NCBI GenBank assembly: GCA_964016885.1
Contig: OZ024740.1
Span: 182,528,001-182,592,000 of the forward strand
Source: Eledone cirrhosa
Lineage: Eukaryota
Direction of reading: 5' to 3'
Length of the DNA stretch: 64,000 bases
The translations under genes and the position numbers were made by a program. The notes under the pieces are model-generated. The model made no database searches, was not told the origin of the DNA, and saw only the letters and a program-made list of their open reading frames with translations. Shown here piece by piece: positions 24,410 through 37,988 of the stretch; the first letter of the stretch is position 1, and each line of letters begins with the position of its first letter.

Positions 24410-25844
24410 GCACACCAAAACACAATTTGTTTTTGTTGTATGAATTAATATATAATATTTTTTTAAAGAGATTTTCCTACAAAAGTATCCAAGTAAAATC
24501 ATTTGCATATATTTTATATATGTACAAAGGATATAAACTTTAGTTTTTATTGTCTTCAAAAAATATTAGAACATATTTCTTCAAATAAAATGCTATGTAT
24601 GCAGATATTGCAGAAATCATAATACTTTTTCCGCTTCAAATTTGTTAACTAGTTCACTGAACTGTCAATGATATTTTGAAACTTATTCTGAGTTTCTCAG
24701 TTTTTCATTAATATATTAATGTGATATATGAAAGAACATTCTGAATATTTAAAACACATTTTTTTATTTTTTTTATTTTAATAAAATTTCACTGTCAATG
24801 TAATTGTGTATGTTTATATGTGTGTATGTTTATACATGATGGCGATCATCATCATTTTATGTCTGCTCTCCATACTGGCATGGGTTGGATGGGTTGCTAA
24901 AGGCCAGGTAGATTCTTACTTTGACATATTTTCTAATGCTGATGCCCTTCTTAACAGTAGTTGCTTTACAGAATGTATTGGGTGCACGTGTATCATGGCA
25001 CAAATACCATAGACAACTTTCTTCACTGGAAGGCTAAAGAAATCTTTCTACTATATAGTCCCTGTTCTTTCAAGGCAAATGTTACTGAAATTGTGATTAG
25101 AAGGGAAGAATTAGCCAAGTGTTGGAAGAGGATAATATGATTATGAGTTTGAAGAGGTAGGAGAGGATAGTTTAACAATAGCAGCTACATATTGGTTGTT
25201 GGCAATAGCTAGGAGCTTGAATAAAACAAGATATGAGCAATATGAGATGACAACAATGAAATTGTTTTAAACAGGTTTCATCCTGATGTTTCAAAGCCCT
25301 TTATTACAATACAAACATTGCTAGCATTGCTACTGGCCTTTTATTAAACCCCTTTTTACTGTGTAACCCATCTCCTTTCTTTTCTCATTCAGCTTTTCTT
25401 TCTTCCCCTACCTATTCTATAAACTTGTATTCTTAGTCATATCACAAACATTTTTTAAAACTCTAAATCAGGGCCTATGAGAAAGTGGGGAGTATTATTG
25501 AATGGTGATCTGATCTAAATGTTTGCAACAGAGTATATTTGCTAAAGACACCTAAGTGGCATGTGGTTGTTTTAAGGTGGGCAGTACACATAATATCATT
25601 ACTTTTATTTCTTATGTCTGAAATAACTGCATCACATTAAAAACTAATGTCTTTAATTTACTATAAATTTTCAAATTGATGTATCTCCTAGTATAGATAT
25701 TATAAACATTTGAATTAACAGCCCATTTTAGGATATTTTCTGATAAATACTTAGTGTTAAAAGGTAAAATTCAATTCATAATAAGATTAAATGAAGTAGT
25801 AAAGGCATAATTCTGGGTTCTTTTTAAGAGAAACAAGAGTATAA

Positions 25845-26365
25845 TAGCTAGAATAGGATGGAAGAAGTTTAGAAAGCTACTCTCACTGTTAACAACAAAA
25901 GGTTTCTCCCTACATATAAAATGATGGCTGCATGATGCTCATGTGAAAAGTATTATGCTGCATGATAGTGAAACATGGGATGTGATTGCAGAGAACATGC
26001 GTAGACTGGAGAAGAATGAAGCAGCCAAGCTTCGGTGGATGTTCAATGTAAATGTGAGAGAAAGGCAGAGCTTGGACAAGCAGAGGCAGAAGCTGGGGTT
26101 AAGATAAATCCGAGATGGTGTTGAGGAGAGATGACTGCATTGTTATGGACGTGATTGATGAGTGAAGAAATCCCAGTGGAAGAAAGCCGCAGTAGAGAAT
26201 GACCAAGAAAGACCTACGCAGAGATTGTGAGACCTGACCTCAAATCACTGAGACTTACAGAGGATATGACAAAGGAACATGACAAGTGGAGGAATGCCAT
26301 GCTAAGGACCCATCCAACATATGCAAGTGTGGAAAAACAGACAGAAAAATTATGATGATGATATA
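25845..26365 (+). mobile_element. Old RTE RT 3' fragment with (GAT)n tail
   Basis: IARIGWKKFRKLLSLLTTKGFSL, MLHDSETW, MRRLEKNEA recognisable with indels. Confidence 0.8.
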
Positions 26366-28281
26366 TATGATGCACTTAAAAGACAAAATAAAATAATTAT
26401 TTGCAATGACTAGAACTGAGAGCAATCATCATCACTATCATTATCACCATCACTGTTTGATGTCCATTTTTCCACACTAGTATAAGTTACATGAGGGATC
26501 AAAGAAGTCAGAATTTAAAATTGGGTAGTTATTTTTGCTCCTAATATTCATTCATTTTATTGAATATTTTAATATATGCATTTAAAAATAAACTATGTAT
26601 TGAGATGATAATGACGATGATGATGATGTTATCATCAACAACATCACCGTTTAACATCTTATTCCATCTACTATATAAATGGCAATATCTGTGTATAACC
26701 AGTTGGCACCTACACCAGTGATTCTATCATGATGAAACTTTACACACATGTTATGTTAATATTCAGGAACAGGACTGGCAAATTGGATTTTAATAGAAAT
26801 CAATAATGGAACCCCTCGGGACATCTTTACAATGGAGGAGGAAAGAAGAGATGTTTTAGTGAGAGAGGAGGAAGTGGAAATACTACTGTATATTAAATCC
26901 TCTATCTCACTATTTCCCTTCCTCCTCCCACAACTCTTTCGAGGCAACAACAAATGAGGCAACAACTTATTAGAAATGAGTTTATTTTGTTGATAGTTAG
27001 AGGTGTTGGATTGTGGGAAGATTGTTCTTGGTATATAATCGTGTGTGTTCCATATTGAATTTACATTACACGAATTGTCCTTTTAAATGTAAGTAACTCC
27101 ATTTTCACTTAAACAACTGTCTTTTTGCTTGCAACCTTAACACTAATTGGCAAGCCCGCATTGGATTTTCAATAAAACCCATGTTTAATGCCTTTATATT
27201 AGAGTACTATATCTAAGCAATTCCATTTCTTAACATTTAAACACCAAGTTTTGAACTTAATAACTTAGCATTACAGAAAGCAACCCACATGGTGTGTGTA
27301 TTTAACTTGCAATGTCAGGTTGCAGAAAGCCAACAGTGTCATTAGTGATTAACAGTTTCACTGCTTATTTACTTAGCAACACAGCTCATCAGATGACTAC
27401 TATTGTCAAGCTTCTGAAGTGCGCTAAATCGTCACTTTGCTCTGTTTTTGCAGTTACCTATGAAACTAACATTTTAAATCTTTTGATTTTCCTATCGCTC
27501 AACTTATATCATGCAAAAAGGACATAGGGTGACGATTCAGGGTAGTTCAGGAGCTTTCAGCAGTTGTTAACAAAACGGGGTCTGCTGATAAGATTCAATG
27601 CGATGACCGACGACCTGGAAGTTGGCTCACTATGTTATTGTTTAGAAGAATTAATATCAAATTGTATGTCGGCATATATTCATGCTACCTGTATGTTAAT
27701 TGTTTGCAGCAGTTTTTGAGGTGAAACTTCATTTGGGTTGTTCTCGGTAACAAAAACGTAGGTGTTTACTAATGACTCACACCAGTGAGAAGATTAGCCG
27801 CCTGAGGAATTCCCTTTCCCGCCACCCTTTTATGTTATTCCCTCTCCCCCATTATGAGCCAGGTAATGTTTAAGATTTGATGACTGCCCCTCTACAGACA
27901 CTGCTCCATAGACCTTTTGGATTCTTCCCCCCTCCTACTTAAAGGCATATGTAATGGTGTGCCTTCTCCTCCTAACCTTATAGCTCTGAAATATAAGAAC
28001 GCAAAGTCACTACGAAAGCGAGTAAGGTTGAACTCTCAAACTGTTTTCGCACGAAAAATGTGGCAAAGGCGTCCACAGGTATGCCGTTCTAATAAATCAC
28101 ATCTCTCATTTTTTTATGTTACCCATACACCATCAAGCATTCCACTCTCTGTCTACCACCCCATGTCACACATTTCCCTGATCTCTCATCATTCATTGCT
28201 GCCATTAGCACATCGAAAATATGCACATTTTGTTAGAGTGGCAACTCACAAGTAAACTTACCCATCCTTTTTATTCACTAA

Positions 28282-28389
28282 GAGACAGCGGCAGAGAGAG
28301 ATGCTTGCCTGACTGCAAATAGAGCAGCTCTCACAAGAGCAAGACAAGTGGAGACGTCCACAGACAGAGAAGTTCGCCTAGCTGCAGAC
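28282..28389 (+). mobile_element. Helitron-type STPR (23-aa) repeat remnant
   Basis: ETAAERDACLTANRAALTRARQV / ETSTDREVRLAAD: ET..ER..RL pattern at exact 23-aa spacing. Confidence 0.65.
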
Positions 28390-29305
28390 ATCTAACAATA
28401 ACATACCACTCTTGTATGGTCTCCGCAAAGACCATAAAACAACTAACGACCCTATGACGAGACCACCAAGAAGGCCTCTATGCGGAGCCAATATTGCTAG
28501 CAACTACAGGATCTCCTACTTCCTCCCTATGATTGTACGCCTCATAATTAAGATGTCCCCAGATGTATGTGGCAGCACAGAGGAATCAATGACTGCAACA
28601 ACAACAAAGATTTAACAAGCTGCATAATAGGCAGTATGGATGTAGTGTCTCTGTACCCATCCATTGCCATTGATTTTGTTGTGGAAAAATATGTGGAAAT
28701 AATTAGTGAGAGTGAGGGAGTGTTCTGTGATGTTGACACACATGAACTGGGCTTCCTACTTAGACTTACATGTGACAGTGAATACTTAAATAATTATGAA
28801 CTTGGCAGTTTCTGCCCCAGTAGGCCAATAAGACGTAGACCCCCACCATAACTTCAATGGCTAAAAAGACTCATATAGGAAGATGGAATGGATGGACCAA
28901 GCCATACAGACACCCAGGAACAACGATCAGGTGAGAACAATGATCGCACATGCAGTAGGAGCTAGTAGTAAAACTACCCTGAAGAGCCACATATTTAAAT
29001 TTAATGGGAACATTTACACCCAGGACGAGGGAGCGGTCATTGGCGTCAGCATAGCTGGCGATATTGCCAACCTATTTATGGTATGGTGGGAAAGGAGACT
29101 CAGTGTACTCCTAGAAGAAAACTCCATAGGCCTCATCATGTACTCTCATTATGTAGATGATATCAATATAGCAATAAAAACACCCCCAGAAGAGACTACC
29201 AATAAACGCGTATTAGAAACTAACACAATGGACAGCATCCAGCAGATAGCTAATTCCATACACCAGAGCATAACAGTAACTATCAACTACCCTTCCAAAC
29301 AAACT
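28390..29305 (+). pseudogene. Penelope-like RT fragment, family P2 (divergent from P1)
   Basis: PLLYGLRKDHK, RPLCGA, GSMDVVSLYPSI, FKFNGNIYTQDEGAVIGVSIAGDIANLFM, YVDDIN; several frameshifts. Confidence 0.88.
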
Positions 29306-29664
29306 ATTTGTTTACAATACAAGGTTTTATCTAGATATAGCTGATTTATGAATGTAATAGTAGAGATATGCTAGTATAATAAATAAACACCTTTATTTAT
29401 CTTTAACAATTACAATCTTGCTTAATCCATTCAAATCTTCATCTACTAGTTTTCAAATATCACTTTTAATTGACTGAATGCTTTATAAGCAGGGAAAAAA
29501 TATCAACAAAATGTTTAAATATTTGTTCCAAAAATATGTAAATGTTTCACTCTACAATATATAGAAATGTACTTCAATGAATATTGAAAATGTTCCAATA
29601 ACTATTGGAATATGAATATAAATTATTTAAAGTCTAAACAAATACAGTTTTGAAATGTTTCATA

Positions 29665-31133
29665 GTCATCCTTACATCATCCCGTGAGGAGGCAGATAAA
29701 ATATACACAACATTCTCCAGCATGGACGCCAGTATAAAGTTCAGCATGGACGCCAGTATAAAGTTCAGCATGGAACACCCCGATGACTGCGGATCTCTAT
29801 CCCTACTGGACTTCCAACTCAGGGTAACAGAGGAAGGCAACATCCACACCCGCTTCTATAAAAAAGCCGCCAGCAGGGACCTGTTCATACATTTCAGATC
29901 GGCCCTCCCACTTGGTTCCAAGTTCGGATACATAAGGAACGAACTGGCACGTATCCGGAACAAAAGCACCGACGCTAGAGACCGAGACACACACACCACA
30001 CATTTCCTGGAAGTACTCAAACTGAACGGATACACAACATCAACCACAAACCGTGCCAGAAAGAACAGAGGACACCACACCCGAGGCACTAACACTTGCT
30101 TCCTGAAGCTCCCACACTTCAGTGGCGAAACAACAACAGCCATCCGCAGAGCTATCAGACGAGAGGGACTAGATATCCAACTGGCCCACTCAGGTCCTTC
30201 TCTACGCGGACAGCTAACCAAAAGACACTCCACCAGACATGACAACTGCTGCAGGCTAGCCAACTGCCTCATAAACGACACAGACCTATGCCACCAGGCT
30301 TACGTCGTATACAAACTAGAGTGTGACAAATGCAGCAACTTCTACGTAGGTAGCACCACCAGACCACTCCACATAAGAATAAAAGAACACCTCAATACTA
30401 ACGCTTCCTCATTTAAGAAACACCTAGTTAAATGCTAAAACACCGACAAAAGCATAACAGTTAGGATAGAAACTAAGGAAAGAAACCTCGGCAATCTTAG
30501 AATTAAGGAAGCACTAATTATAGACAAAACACAACCACCAATCAATAATAGACTAGAACTCAACACAACTTGATAGAGCTTCTAGCCCCACACACGCACA
30601 CACACACGCACGCACACACACACACACACGCTTACACCACCACTTATTCTCTCTCTCACACACACACACACAAAGACCAGTTCTAACACGAGATAACATC
30701 TATCCCCTACATTTACGTATAGACATATCTTCTCACACTCACACACACACACTCACATACTTACACCTTCATGCATTCTCCGACACACTTAAACAGGCAT
30801 GTACAAAAAAAAACCTTTTAAAGGGAGACTACTCTTTATCCACCTAACCTTAACTCTTTGACATTAGAGATAGAACAGATACTCTATACCATTTCCTGTC
30901 AGCATGACTTGGCAAGCTATTTAGAACACTGGTTTAACCGCCTTACTTCCCTCCGAAGAAGAGATATTATCTCAAAAATTAAGGACATTTAAATAAATCT
31001 AAGGTAAAAGACTAATTGTCAACAATATCTTTTGCATTTGCATTCTATATCCATACCTGCATTGTTTTGGCTTTATTATACATATACAAACGTTTATACC
31101 TCATTACACAATGCTTCAAGTGAACTATAACCT

Positions 31134-31135
<2 letters not shown>
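29665..31135 (+). mobile_element. Second copy of PLE family P1 (more 5'-truncated): thumb + GIY-YIG + pLTR
   Basis: Near-identical to reverse complement of 12700-14160; 24-bp tandem duplication near 29719-29772; premature TAA at 30436; HHR core mutated at 30949-30986. Confidence 0.95.
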
Positions 31136-31185
<50 letters not shown>

Positions 31186-31366
31186 AAAAACAATAATGAG
31201 TGCATGCATAATTCAGAGTTCAAAATAATGTCTATAATAATTTTTAGTTTGGATATTTTCTCTATATTTGAATCATATATATGGAAATGTGGTAGGTATA
31301 TTGAAAAATATTGAAAAATATATAAAATATAATATATAACTACATACATATTATAATACATTATAT

Positions 31367-31635
31367 TATAAATAAGAGATCAAAAGTGCAGCAAAAATTC
31401 ACATTTATATATAAGTTTGAATCTATCTTAAATTTTAGATTTTATAGTGCAGTAAATATATTTAAAAGAAATATATGCATATACTATATTATATTATACT
31501 ATAAATAAGAGATCAAAACTCATTAAAAATTCAACAGTTATAGATAAGTTTCATAAAAAATTGACTATTAAACTAAAATTTAAAAGAGATCAAAAATGTA
31601 TTAAAAATTCACAGTTATATATAAATTCCGTAAAT
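31367..31635. repeat. Degenerate AT-rich tandem repeat, 3 units
   Basis: AAGAGATCAAAA...AAAAATTCACA.TTATA.ATAA.TT at about 31374, 31507 and 31584. Confidence 0.7.
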
Positions 31636-32855
31636 ATGTAAGGATTAGGTATTATACTAAATTATAAGCATAGATAGGAAGATAGATAGAGAAATAAAGA
31701 AATGATGGTATTGATCAAAGTTAACAAAATAATGTTGTGTATCAATGTTTAGGCATGTTATTGAACAAGTGTCATTCATTCGAGAGTTGTTTCTTCTATA
31801 GATAGCTATAAAATAAAGCAATATTAAAGGCCATTAATGTTTTTCACTGTTGATTATATATTCCTGGTAACCGAGTTATTATTGGTTTGGTGTTATTGCT
31901 TCTTTTTTTCTCTTTTATGTGAGGCTAAAAAAGTGGACGTAGCTTTATGAAGGCAACTAGAGAATAATTCACTTTTTTTGTTAATTAGCGTCTCATAGTT
32001 ATTAATAATCAACAGGGTCTCCATTGTACATCGCAGTTATTGCGGGCAGTTTTTGCTGCTTGGAAGAATGGGACAGGTTGTAACAAATGAAGTCAGTACT
32101 CACTCAAAGCCACTGATCCTCAAGTAAGCTGGAATCGTGATTCACTTACATGTTTCTATACTCTACTGGGTGCTCTAGGAGCATTTTACCATTGCACTAG
32201 CACTAGGAAGCTTGCCAAATCTTTGATACAAATGAAGAGTCTTCTTGTCCCTTTTTATAGTATGGAAACCCATCCTAACAACAACCACCTTACTGAGTGT
32301 ATAGGCACCAGAACAAGGGAGATTGTTCAGTAATTGACATAAATGAGGAGCCTCCTCTACTTCATGGATAAATAAGATGGGATATATATATAAAAGGAAG
32401 AGAGTTATGACATACAACCTTCTCTATCATATGGTGGGGTGTGAGAGAATGGCATGTGAAATGTGTATATATATATATATATATATAATTTTTTTCACAT
32501 TCCTTCCTCTTTTCACTCTCTATCTTTCTATTTCTCACTCTATCTGCTATTAAAGAAATAGTGTTCGAAACATAACAACTCGTTGCCAACCAAATTAAGC
32601 ATTAATATAATATATTTCTTCATTGTACTGTCTCATTTGTTTATTATTTCTGTCTATTATGACTAAGTTGTGAGCTTACTTACTCTGGGGTTCACCTGCA
32701 CACTGACAGAATCATCAGGCACGACTACATTTTCATTTATACTATCTGTGCTATCGCAAATATAGTCTTGTCCGATGATCCTTAGCTATAATAAATAAAT
32801 ATTTTAACTTTACTTTCGTATTGAATACTCATTCTCACATCCATCAATGACACAT

Positions 32856-32894
<39 letters not shown>

Positions 32895-34181
32895 TGAGGT
32901 ACACTCAAGAAAAGTTAAGACTTTTTCTTTTCAGGCACATTTAATTGGTTTATGTAACTGTTACTTTAATACAGCCATGATATGTTTATAATAAACTAAC
33001 ATACCAAATCTTTTTTCCAGGTTATGGTTCAGGCTGCTACACCACTTTAAACACTAGCTGTCATTCACATCTAGTCACAGCTGACTGGTTCCACAAGGCA
33101 GTCAGGATGTGAAGACAACTTGGAGACTCAATATGCAATAAAGTTTTCTTTAAGCTCGGCAAAAGTGCTGCAGAAACTAATGAAGTGGTCAAAACTGCTT
33201 ACATACTAACTTTCATGAGCCAAGCGACTCTTTTATGTTGGCACAAGAGGTTTCATGAGGGTAGGGAGCAGCCGAGGCACAACGCCATGTGTGGCTTGGC
33301 AAGGGACATCAAAAAGCCAAAGTTGGTCAAGAAAATTTGCAAATATCTGGATGAGGACCCTCATGCAACTCTTTTAACAATTGCTAAATAATATTAAGTG
33401 ATTGAGAACAGTGCATTCATGATGATCTGAACATGCACAAAGTTTGTGCAAACTTTGTTCCCAGAATGCTCAATGAAGATCAAAGGCAGAGGTATGTTGA
33501 TGACAGCAGGGAGATGGTCGAGTGGTTCACTTTGAATTCATGTGTCCTTCTGTCTGTGATAACCTGTGACATGAGCTGGGTCTACTGTTTTGATTCAGAG
33601 AACAAGAGACAGAGAGTCCAGTTGAAACATTCTGATTGCCCAAGATCCAAGAAGGCCAGGCAAATCAGATCCACTGAGAAGCTGATGATGATAACATTCT
33701 TCTACACCAAGAGTAACATCTACATCAACTGAGTCACCCATGGCAAGAGAATCAAGAAAGAGCACTATGCAGCGGTTTTGAGGTAGTTCAGAAAGAAACT
33801 TTCCAAGTCTGGTCAGTGGCACCTGTACAAGGACAATGCCCCCTGCCACAAATCAATCCTGGTGACCAACTACTTGGCCAACATGGGGATGATGACTGTT
33901 CCTCATCTTCTCTACAGTCCAGACTTAGCTCTATGCAGCTTCTGGATGTTCCCAAAGCTGAAGGAGAAGCTCAGAGATATCCATTTTTAGGATATGGAGA
34001 AGATTATGGAGACTGTGACAAGCGTCCTGGATGCTTTCATTCTGGAGGACTACCAGAAGAGACTAGAATGGTACAACAAGTGCATTGAAGTTGGAGGATC
34101 CGACGTTAAGAGTTTTGTGTTAATCTGAGTTAAATAAATATATCTCTGATAAAGGTCTAAAAACTTCTTAAGTGTGCCTCA
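32895..34181 (+). mobile_element. Full-length (1.29 kb) decayed mariner transposon
   Basis: TA-TGAGGTACACTCAAGAA... / ...TTCTTAAGTGTGCCTCA-TA TIRs; FVPRMLN, ITCDMSWVYCFD, WHLYKDNAPCH, YSPDLALCSFWMFPKLK; stops and frameshifts. Confidence 0.93.
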
Positions 34182-34194
34182 TATATATATATAT

Positions 34195-35072
34195 CATCAT
34201 CATCATTTCACGTCCGCTTTTCCCTGCTTGTAAGGTTTGGGCGGGTCCTACTCAGCACAGCACCTCTCCACTTTCACAGTCCTTCGTCATCTCCTTCATG
34301 AGTTTCAACGATCTGAGGTCTCCTCTCACCACCTCCGCCCTTGTTTTTCGTGGTCTACCTCTACTGCATCTTCCTTCTACTGGGATTTCTTGGCACTTCT
34401 TTACCCAGCGATCATCCTCCATGCATCACATTTCCATACCATCTCAGTCTTCTCTCCTGCACACCACAACTTATCCCTCTTATGCCCAGTTTCTTTCTCA
34501 ACTCGTCTATGCTTGGTCATTTCACGCACATTGATATTGCACATTCAACGGAGCATACTTGCTTCATTTCTCTCCAGCTGTCACATATCCTCTGCAGTTG
34601 CTGCCCATGTCTCACTATCATGCAGCATCACGCATCTCACACAGGCATCATATAACCGTCCTCTCGTATGCAGGGAGAAACCGTTCTTTGTCAACAGAGG
34701 AAGCAGCTCCCTAAATTTCTTCCAGCCCGTCCTTATTCTATATACTATGGCCTTGGAACACCCGTCTCCCATGCTAATCTGATCACCTAGGTACCGGAAG
34801 CTATCAACCACTTCTATGGAACCTACCTGCATTTGAAAAATGTGTCTATCACTGCGATTACTACTGCCAACTTTCCCTGTACATACGTAGTTTTCCCTAC
34901 CTGTTATTTTGCCTGCTGACCCACTACATCTCTTATGTACCCATGTATGTGCATTGCGTACATTTTATGGAATTTATGCCAGTTCCTTTCCTACATATCG
35001 AACATGGCCATTTCCCTGATTGAATCAGAGTATTGTCCTCTCTTCTACTTATCAACACTTTTGTCTTAGCTA
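34195..35072 (-). mobile_element. 5'-truncated RTE-2 copy
   Basis: AKTKVLISRREDNTLIQSGKWPCSICRKG...VMLHDSETW; (ATC)n tail at 34195. Confidence 0.9.
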
Positions 35073-35114
35073 TGTATGTATGCATATGTATGTATATATA
35101 TGTATGTATATGTA

Positions 35115-35598
35115 TGGCTTGATTTCTACAGCTGGATGCCCTTCCTAACACCAACCTCATTTACAGTGAGTGCTGAGTGCTTTTTCGTGGCGCATACACG
35201 TCCACTTTATAGTGTGGGCTGGGTGCTTTTTTGCCGTGGCACATCCACGACTACCTTGCAGTGGGAGGGTGTGGGGGCATATTGTCTATATGCTTCAGCT
35301 TGTACCCATGGGAGGTCGGGTACTCTGTATTACTGCGTGACACCAGAGGTCATGGTCATGTGTCATCGACTTTGAGAGGTGTAATTGGGTAAGGTCGGCT
35401 TTTATCACCTTGGGTCTCCCCACTCCATGGTTTCCATTGACCTCTAGTGCTCTGCACCTTTTTATGCAGCTGTCATCCATCATACGCATCACATGTCCAT
35501 ACCAACGCAACCGCTTCTCCTGCACACAGCATTTGAATCCTCTTATGCTCAGCCCCTCTCTCAATACATTTATGCCTTGTCATTCGCGTATATTACTA
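35115..35598 (-). mobile_element. RTE family RTE-3 fragment (RT end + 3'UTR module)
   Basis: RLRWYGHVMRMMDDSCIKRC; UTR matches 41229-41460 and 44752-45010. Confidence 0.85.
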
Positions 35599-35653
35599 TG
35601 TGTGTATGTATATATATACATATATATGCATATATATATATATATGTATGCCA

Positions 35654-35846
35654 GTGATGGAAGACGTGGTAGAGGTAGACCACGAAAAACATGGCGGAAG
35701 TGGTGAGAACAGTCCTCAGATCACTGAAGCTGACGGTGGAGATGACGAAGGACCGTGACAAGTGGAGAGATGCTGTGCTGAATAAGATCCGTCCCACCCT
35801 TGCAAGCAGGGAAAAGTGGACTAAAATGATGATGATTATGATGATG
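35654..35846 (+). mobile_element. RTE-2 3' end
   Basis: [12 protein letters not shown]...[10 protein letters not shown] + (GAT)n. Confidence 0.88.
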
Positions 35847-35881
35847 TTATATGTATGTATCTATACATACATATATATGTA

Positions 35882-36011
<130 letters not shown>

Positions 36012-36031
36012 CATATATATATATATATATA

Positions 36032-36189
36032 TCATCATCATCATCATCATCATCCATCTACCACGCTTGCATGGGTTTGGACAGGAGTTTTCCCACTTGA
36101 GGCAAGATTGGTTGTCTTGCTGTCTTGCTCGTATAGGACTGTCTGGAGGGTTTTCTACGGCTGGATGCCCTTCCTAACACCAACCACAT

Positions 36190-36190
<1 letters not shown>
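36032..36190 (-). mobile_element. RTE-1 3'UTR end
   Basis: Matches 7650-7805. Confidence 0.88.
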
Positions 36191-36239
<49 letters not shown>

Positions 36240-36244
<5 letters not shown>

Positions 36245-37137
36245 CTTTGCCGTTCACGTATATTACTGTTACACATCCAGCGGAGCATGCAAGCTTCGTT
36301 CCTCTCTAGTCTGCGAATATCCTCTGCACACAATGCCCAGGTCTCACTGCCATGCAACATTGCTGTTCATATGCAGGCATCATACAACCTGCCTTTCATT
36401 TTTAGGGAGAACCCTTTAGCAGCTAATAGTGGTATAAGCTCTCTGACGTGAACGGCAAAACATAAACGAACTAAGGAAAAAATTAGAAATAAGAGGGATC
36501 AGATGTTGTTTACTCGAGAGAAGGCTACGTTGGTATGGACACGTGATGCGCATGAAAGTCGATAGCTGTATAACAAAGTGCAGGGCAATAAAGATAGACG
36601 GTAGCCACAGAATAGGCAGACCTAGAAAAACCTGGGACGAGCTGATAAACTCCGACCTCACACACTTACACCTCTCCAAGACAATGTCACTGGACCGAGA
36701 CCTTTGGCGGTACTCAGTAACAGAGAAGACCCGCCTTACCTAAATACATAGTAAAACCCACTACAGCCAGTAGGCATCTCTAACAAAATACACCCCGTCC
36801 CACCACCACCACCCCATCCACACCACCCCATTCTATGTAAAGTTATGTTGGTGCAGCGCCATCCAGGCCGAAACAAATGAGATCGTGTAGGTGTCACGAC
36901 AAAAAAACACACAGTCTACGCTGTAATGTGGCCGTGTAGGCAACACGTTAAAAACCTCCCAGCCCCACACTGTAAATGTGGTTGGTGTTAGGAAGGGCAT
37001 CCAACTGTAGAAAACCTGCCAGACAGTCCTATGCGAGCAAGACAATCACTCTTGCCTCAAGTGGGAATACCCCCGTCCAAACTCATGCAAGCATGGAACA
37101 TGGACGTTAAACGTTGATGATGATGATGATGATGATG
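36240..37137. mobile_element. RTE-1 copy with 5' inversion (36240-36446 minus, 36447-37137 plus)
   Basis: Minus part corresponds to 6940-7143 of the reference copy; plus part starts at the equivalent of 7126 and runs to the (GAT)n tail. Confidence 0.9.
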
Positions 37138-37988
37138 TATGTATATATACATACATGTATATTTTTACATTCGCACATACATACAAACATGTATGCATGT
37201 CTACATACATACAAGCATTTATCTATGTACTTATATACAAATTCCCCCACGCACACATACATACATACTACAAATAAAATGAAAATTGGAATATAGAATC
37301 AGATTTAAATATTTACTCACTCTACGAAAGAGACTAAATATATGAAGCATAGAAACATCAAAATTAACTCATAGAAATAAAAAAGAAACAATAAAAAATC
37401 AGAAAAAATAAGTTTTGAAGTATGTCATACATTACTCTAAAGGTTATAATCTCTTAGACTATTCATATACATATATGCAATGTGATTGCCAGAAAATATT
37501 ACCCTAGAAATATGGGAATTAGTTTTAAATATTTAGCCTGTGTATGAAAGAGAGCAAATGTGGAAACTATTTTAAGCATTTATCCAGTCATTCAAAATGT
37601 GTTTTCTTTCGCAAGTCCAAATAGGTTTCTAGAATATGCTTAATAATTTATGAGAAAACATGTAAATGCAGACGTCTGAAATTAAGTTAAAGCAAAGATA
37701 TTATGAGGTTTCTGTTGTTATGTAGCATATTGATTGCACAGGGTGCAAAAATGTTAGTTCCATTATGGTAAATCTGACCAGTAAAATGTACTTTATGATT
37801 GCAGTGGGAGAAATTTTAGAGAGGGCAAGATTAAATTTAGTAATATATGGTGTCTATAATCTGAGTGGACATCTCACTGAGGTCAACTTTGTCTACCGTC
37901 TCTCTAAGGAGTTTAGATTCAATTAAATACAACTAAAAATGTTAAAGCATTTTGCTAATGTGAGAAATCATCATTATTATTAGGTGTA

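Noticed and set aside
26756-26965. Purine-rich stretch open on both strands
   Set aside because: No recognisable motif and no convincing donor; probably decayed TE
31367-31635. Spaced repeats as a CRISPR-like array
   Set aside because: Eukaryotic context, irregular degenerate units, no cas genes
32810-32845. HHR-like AATGA-GTAT-TCA-ATAC-GAAA on the minus strand
   Set aside because: CUGA core and stem I/III missing
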